Assembly (NCBI GenBank): GCA_026395215.1
Contig: JAPLZC010000010.1
Span: 71,371 to 135,370, forward strand
Reading direction: 5' to 3'
DNA: 64,000 nt
DNA from: Candidatus Staskawiczbacteria bacterium
Lineage (GTDB): Bacteria; Patescibacteriota; Minisyncoccia; Minisyncoccales; Staskawiczbacteraceae
A model generated the notes under the pieces. That model had not been told where the DNA came from, searched no databases, and saw nothing but the letters and a program-made list of their open reading frames with translations. Positions 58,837 through 64,000 of this stretch are shown here, piece by piece. Position numbers and translations under genes: made by a program. How positions within the stretch are numbered: position 1 is the stretch's first letter; each line of letters opens with the position of its first letter.

Positions 58837-61110
58837 ATGAATAATATCAACAAAAATATAAACCTTCTTTCTTGGGTATATAAAATTGGGTTTTTAATAA
58901 TTTTGGCTTTGCCGGCTCTTATTGTGCCACCTTATTTTTTTCCGGCAGATTGGGGCAAATCTATTGTTTTTAGGACCGTTTTATCTATATTACTGGTTAT
59001 ATTTTGCTATCAGGTTTTCTATAAAAGAGACACTATTCCTGCCATAAGTATAAAAAACAATAAACTTATCTGGGCACTGGGAGCATATTTTACTGTTTAC
59101 TTGTTGGCAAGCATATTTTCAGTTGACCAAAACTTTAGCTTTTGGGGGTCACCATTTCGTGGAGGTGGGTTTATAAATTTTGGTTTTTGCTTTGCTTACG
59201 CGGTTTTATTGTATATTTTCCTAAAAGACAAAGACTGGAAAAAGGTTTGGATTTTCTCATTTTTTATAGGGCTTATTGTTTCTGGCCTGGCTTTAATACA
59301 ATATTACGGCTTATTTAGTAAACTTTTTGTTCCTTCAAGCCAACCACCTTCAACAATGGGAAACTCCATTGTTGTAGCCATGTATTTCATACTTTTGTCT
59401 TTCCCGGCATTATTTTTTGCCATTACAGAACCCTTCGACTCCGCTCAGGGTAAAATAAAAAAGATATTTTACATTACCTCTTTAATAATATTTCTTTTTA
59501 CAATTTTAATAAGTGCGTCTCTTGCCGGATATATTGGAATTACTATAGGCTTTTTATATTTTGTTCTTTTTTATCCTAAAAAACTAAAAATATTAAAGGT
59601 TTGCTTGGCCATATTTTTACTATGTGCTATTTCAACTGTTGTATACTTTAATACACCCCATCAACTACCAAAAATTTTAGACAACAAAATAACCCAGAAA
59701 TTAACAAATAAACTATCAATAAAAAATGCTTTAGACGATGAAAGGTTTAGGGCATGGCAGGTAATGGTTAAGGTGATAGAAGACAAGCCACTTTTAGGTT
59801 GGGGCCCGGAAAATTTACAGATTGGATTTGATAAAAATTACGACTCTAAAATAACTCCTACGCCATGGTGGGATAGAGCTCACAATATTTTCCTAAATGT
59901 TGGAATAGAAGCCGGAATTTTAGGAATGCTGGCCCAAATAGCTTTGTTTATTGTTTTGCTGTGGCAATTACATAAGGTAAAAACCATTGAGGCCCATGGA
60001 CTGCAAGCTACTATAATTGGGTATTTAGTTGCAGAATTTTTTAGTCTTGATACGTTGTCCACATATCTAATTTTATTCTTTATTATTGGCTACACCCTTT
60101 ATCTAACTACTAACAAAACAGAAAATCCGCATAAATCAGTAATTATCCGTTTAAATCAGTGGACAAAGTCTATACTTATATCAGCAATATTTCTCGCTTT
60201 AATCATTTTCCTTTTCCAATATAACCTCGTCCCCCTACAGATAAATGGCGACATTAATAAGGCTGTTACCCTTTCTGAACAAAAAAATTGCACTAGCGCA
60301 TTGAACTTAATGGATAAAAATTTATTAAAACATAGCTTTTTAGATTCTTATGTAAGAATGGAATACATTGAGATTGAAAAAACTTGCAGTGAATATTACC
60401 CGAATAATATGCTGGAATACACAAATAAAGCGCTTGAAGTTTTAAACGAAGCCGTAAAAATACAACCACTTTACACCCGCTATTGGGTTAATATGGGTGA
60501 ACTTACAACAACATTGGCTGACCAAGAGGATGACCCAACAAAAAAAGATACCCTTATAAATCAGGCAAATAATTATTTTGCCAAAGCATTGGAACTTGCC
60601 CCACTACACCAAGAAATATTTACAGGTTTGACAGAATTAGAAATTGCTTCAGGCAATTATGCCAAAGCCAAAGATTATTCCCAAAAATGTATCGACATAA
60701 ATCCAAATACCGGAGATTGTTATTTTTATATGGCAATTTCAGAAATATATGCAAGAAACGTTACCGATGGAAAAATAAATCTGCAGAAAGCCGAGGATAT
60801 GGGGGTTAATGTTGCCTCTGGCAAAAATGTATTTTTATTAAGCAATGCCTATGGCTCTATCCCTGATTACCAAAATATGGCAGTCTTTTTGGAAAAACTA
60901 GTTGCAATTTACGCCGATGGTGTAGCCTTTGATATTAAAAATAACCGTAGGATTAACCCAACAATTGTTCAATATCATTCTACGCTTGCATTTCTATATG
61001 CAAAAATGGGCCAATACGACAAAGCCCACCAAGAAGCCGCAATAGTTTTACAGCTTTCTCCAGAGTCAAAAGAGAGCGTAGACGAATTCCTAAAAACCCT
61101 CCCTTACTAA
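58837..61110 (+). CDS. O-antigen ligase/Wzy-like membrane protein with a C-terminal TPR domain
   Basis: 757 aa. The N-terminal roughly 450 aa are polytopic and include a Wzy_C-like loop (RFRAWQVMVKVIEDKPLLGWGPENL...RAHNIFLNVGIEAGILG). The C-terminal roughly 280 aa contain TPR-like repeats (YFAKALELAPLH, AKDYSQKCIDINPN). A GC-rich in-frame insertion encodes EPFDSAQGK. Confidence 0.75.
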   Translation: MNNINKNINLLSWVYKIGFLIILALPALIVPPYFFPADWGKSIVFRTVLSILLVIFCYQVFYKRDTIPAISIKNNKLIWALGAYFTVYLLASIFSVDQNFSFWGSPFRGGGFINFGFCFAYAVLLYIFLKDKDWKKVWIFSFFIGLIVSGLALIQYYGLFSKLFVPSSQPPSTMGNSIVVAMYFILLSFPALFFAITEPFDSAQGKIKKIFYITSLIIFLFTILISASLAGYIGITIGFLYFVLFYPKKLKILKVCLAIFLLCAISTVVYFNTPHQLPKILDNKITQKLTNKLSIKNALDDERFRAWQVMVKVIEDKPLLGWGPENLQIGFDKNYDSKITPTPWWDRAHNIFLNVGIEAGILGMLAQIALFIVLLWQLHKVKTIEAHGLQATIIGYLVAEFFSLDTLSTYLILFFIIGYTLYLTTNKTENPHKSVIIRLNQWTKSILISAIFLALIIFLFQYNLVPLQINGDINKAVTLSEQKNCTSALNLMDKNLLKHSFLDSYVRMEYIEIEKTCSEYYPNNMLEYTNKALEVLNEAVKIQPLYTRYWVNMGELTTTLADQEDDPTKKDTLINQANNYFAKALELAPLHQEIFTGLTELEIASGNYAKAKDYSQKCIDINPNTGDCYFYMAISEIYARNVTDGKINLQKAEDMGVNVASGKNVFLLSNAYGSIPDYQNMAVFLEKLVAIYADGVAFDIKNNRRINPTIVQYHSTLAFLYAKMGQYDKAHQEAAIVLQLSPESKESVDEFLKTLPY

Positions 61111-64000
61111 TAGCTCCAACTCAGGTCTCCTTTGTTGGTTGTGACTTTAATAACTTTTAGTCCCACAAAGGATTGCGAAATTTTACCGGCAGAGGTTGTG
61201 CCGGTTATTTTTGTGTTTACGCCATCGTAAACCGCTGTAATACTATAATTATTTCGCAATTTTACTTTTTGAGTAAGTTTTGCCAATTTCCCAGATTTAT
61301 CAAAAGACCAAGAATAACCCAACGAATTACTGCCAATATTAACCGGCACCCCATTATATTTTATTGATACTATTTCTGCCAACATTGCAGTTCTTCTATT
61401 TCTTTCTTTAAAATCTAACTCTGTTGTATTACCAGTTTCGTCAGTCAAAACCACTACGTTGCTATTATCAACAATTGAAATTGAAGAAGCATCTGACAAA
61501 TTATCAGTGGCCAAAAATTTTAAGTCCTTTGCCATTGGATCAAAATAAATTGTTGTTTCTGGAGAAATTTTATCTGCAGAAAAATCTAAAACTTTTGTCG
61601 GTAAAATTGTTGTTGGCGAATCTGTCGGACTTTGCTGAACAGAAAGCGTGGTTGACCCCGAGCCAATATTAATATTTCCTGTTAAGGCTGTTGTAACCGG
61701 CAAGTTGCTAAAAATTTCTTCTTTTGTCGGCTGGCTGTTATTTATGCTCTCACTTTTTATTGTATAAGTCCCAGTGCCGATTCCCTGCATATTTATTGAG
61801 TAAACTTGTCCGGCATCTTGTGGCAAATAAAGAAACTTGTGTTCTCCTATCACTTCAAAATCTGCATTTGGAATTTCATTAATAATACTTCCATCTGCGG
61901 CTAGGCCTAATTTGTTTCCATTTTGGTCTGTTACAAAAACATTAACCGGAGAAAAAACAGAAATTGCCTTTCCGGTAAGTTGACATTTTGAAATGTCTTG
62001 AGTCATTAATGACTGGCCGTAAGCTGAACCTGTGTCTAAATTACTTCCAGAAATTAAATTTACAATTTCTTGCCTGATTCCATTTTGACTTGGCATTTTC
62101 CCATGGTCAGCATTTAAAGAATAATATTTTTTGCTGGCATCTATTGGCAGGTTTGTAGCACTCTCAAACGGGACCGTGTTGTCACCTACGGCATAATGAA
62201 CATCATAGCTAACTTGCTGCCCAAAAATATCATTATACTTTGTTTGAACAACTTTGCTAAGCGTGGCAGATTTACATCCGTCAATTGCATACAAATCAAC
62301 TCCAGCAGTTCGCAAATCAAAATTATCAAAATTTTGCGTATGTAAGTTTGTGGCGTTATTTATTGCCAAAGAATTAAGCCCCATACCACTTAAGAAACTG
62401 TTAGACTCGGCATAATTTAAATCTTTGACTTCACATGGAATTGTATAATCTCCAGAACACTTTGTTTGGTCAATTGTTTCTATATAACTGCCTTTTGTAT
62501 TGTAATATTGCTGGCTTGGAAGCAAATCGTAGACTGAAGGCATGTTAGCCGCTATCTTTTTCATTTCTTGATCGCTAAGGCCCAAAACTCCCATATTATC
62601 ACCCTGCAACAAAGCTTTCACTGCCTTTGGTGCACCAGTATTTGGCACGCCAACAAAAACTGCTTTTCCAATATGATTATCCATTGGGTGATTCATTACA
62701 TATTGCTTTGTAATTAGCCCACCCAAACTGTGGGCAACCACATCAACCTTACTAGCCCCAGTCTGCGCCATAATATCCTGGATCTTCTGCGCCAACAAAT
62801 CCGAGTTAGTAGTCCCATCCGCGAACTTCCCCGTCACCCCATACCGCCAATCATAAGGAAACGTAAAAAAATTCACCCCCCCCACATACCCCTGATTCTT
62901 AAACTCATTTATCAACCCATCCGTGTAATCGAATATGCTAAGATTGCCAACTCCAACATTAACTGTCTCCTTACTTATGACACTGCCGATAGTTAAGCTT
63001 GCATCTGTAGGTATTAAATTTTGATTAAACTGTAAGGGGTTCATAAAACTATCACCGACATCAGCAAAATTATGAGCCAAATCTAACCATAATTTATTAC
63101 TTCCTTCATTTATATCAGTTCCCATTAGCCCTGGCACAATCAAAACCGGCGTCTTAGATAGTTGTGGAAAAGTTTCCCAGCCACTTTGTACCATTATCGG
63201 ATAATTATCTTTTCCGCCGATAAAAATATATGGAGTGTCTCCTACCCCATCTGAATTTGACTTATCTTGGCTTACTCCCGAATTAACATCTACGCCGCCG
63301 TAGTCACTCCAATAATTTCCTCCTGACGGATACCCATTATCAAAAGAATTAAAAAGGGAATCAGCGGAAACATTCGGTTTATTGTTATATGCTAAAGTCC
63401 CCGGAATAATCACGTTATCAATAAAATTATTATGATAAATTTTATTATTAGATGAACTATTTATTAAAGAAATCGCGTAACCATTCGTGTTATGCTGATT
63501 GTTTTTGCTAATGTTGTTATTAATAAATATATTGCCATTAGATGCGCCTGCAGTAATTCCGCCATAGTAATTGCCGGAAATATCATTACCAGAAAAAATA
63601 TTGTTATTAGAGGTATATACGCTGACACCATAACCATAAATACTGTTACTAAAAGTATTGTTTTTAATGGTGTTGCTATTTGAATTAACATTGAAAAGAA
63701 TACCACTATACCAACTAGAAGTTATGCTATTATTCTCAATATCGTTATTACTTGAACTTCCCAACCAAATTCCATAAGTATTACCGCTAAAATTATTATT
63801 TTTAAGAGTATTGTAATCTATGGAACAATAAATATAAACGCCGTAGACAAACCCGCTAATGTTGCAATTTTCTACAACAATATTATTCCCCCCACTTATA
63901 TAAATACCCATGTTACCAATACCACCAATAGCGCCATTAATACTGCCTGTTATATTGTGGCCGTCGCAATTTAAAATTGTGTCACCAGCACTTATTTCAA
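61107..64000 (-). CDS. Large secreted-type protein: parallel beta-helix repeats plus an alpha/beta-hydrolase (lipase/LCAT-like) domain plus a C-terminal beta-rich region; 5' end outside the window
   Basis: The frame stays open from 63911 to the window edge (upstream residues ...NCDGHNITGSINGAIGGIGN continue the repeat), so the gene is partial. PbH1-like repeats (NNxFSGN.YGI....SSNN). Lipase nucleophile elbow VVAHSLGG. Confidence 0.75.
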   Translation of the reverse strand, partial: EISAGDTILNCDGHNITGSINGAIGGIGNMGIYISGGNNIVVENCNISGFVYGVYIYCSIDYNTLKNNNFSGNTYGIWLGSSSNNDIENNSITSSWYSGILFNVNSNSNTIKNNTFSNSIYGYGVSVYTSNNNIFSGNDISGNYYGGITAGASNGNIFINNNISKNNQHNTNGYAISLINSSSNNKIYHNNFIDNVIIPGTLAYNNKPNVSADSLFNSFDNGYPSGGNYWSDYGGVDVNSGVSQDKSNSDGVGDTPYIFIGGKDNYPIMVQSGWETFPQLSKTPVLIVPGLMGTDINEGSNKLWLDLAHNFADVGDSFMNPLQFNQNLIPTDASLTIGSVISKETVNVGVGNLSIFDYTDGLINEFKNQGYVGGVNFFTFPYDWRYGVTGKFADGTTNSDLLAQKIQDIMAQTGASKVDVVAHSLGGLITKQYVMNHPMDNHIGKAVFVGVPNTGAPKAVKALLQGDNMGVLGLSDQEMKKIAANMPSVYDLLPSQQYYNTKGSYIETIDQTKCSGDYTIPCEVKDLNYAESNSFLSGMGLNSLAINNATNLHTQNFDNFDLRTAGVDLYAIDGCKSATLSKVVQTKYNDIFGQQVSYDVHYAVGDNTVPFESATNLPIDASKKYYSLNADHGKMPSQNGIRQEIVNLISGSNLDTGSAYGQSLMTQDISKCQLTGKAISVFSPVNVFVTDQNGNKLGLAADGSIINEIPNADFEVIGEHKFLYLPQDAGQVYSINMQGIGTGTYTIKSESINNSQPTKEEIFSNLPVTTALTGNINIGSGSTTLSVQQSPTDSPTTILPTKVLDFSADKISPETTIYFDPMAKDLKFLATDNLSDASSISIVDNSNVVVLTDETGNTTELDFKERNRRTAMLAEIVSIKYNGVPVNIGSNSLGYSWSFDKSGKLAKLTQKVKLRNNYSITAVYDGVNTKITGTTSAGKISQSFVGLKVIKVTTNKGDLSWSY

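Overview
AT-rich, gene-dense bacterial window in which all but two genes are on the minus strand. The gene content and short GC-rich insertions look like a small-genome CPR/Patescibacteria-type organism, but that placement is inference. Housekeeping genes are clear: secA, secD, secF, murB, dinB, hpf, cutA. A roughly 20 kb surface-polysaccharide locus spans 37.8-61.1 kb. It holds a priming sugar transferase, a GDP-mannose 3,5-epimerase-like enzyme, GT2/GT4/GT26 glycosyltransferases, a flippase, two Wzy/O-antigen-ligase-like proteins and a CDP-sugar pathway (rfbF, rfbH, a ThDP enzyme). The outstanding feature is the left third of the window (76-23759). Ten tandem, same-strand paralogs of about 550 aa (here called P1-P10) sit there with two decayed relics. 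They are cysteine-rich, multi-zinc-ribbon proteins that I cannot assign to any characterised family. They fall into two blocks of five, and each block is immediately preceded by a paralogous soluble VirD4/TraD-like P-loop ATPase. The upstream ATPase is itself preceded by a multi-pass membrane protein and a 74-aa membrane protein. Its tail carries a zinc ribbon of the same type as the paralogs' C-terminal ribbon. The array shows active turnover: a roughly 274-bp junction module repeated three times at near identity, a frameshifted member (P4), a member whose terminal ribbon is out of frame (P7), two gene relics next to GC-rich mini-elements, and mosaic module content among members. A GxxExxY gene bounded by perfect 15-bp inverted repeats appears to be inserted between the membrane protein and its ATPase. 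All functional proposals for this locus are hypotheses; no database search or computation was possible.
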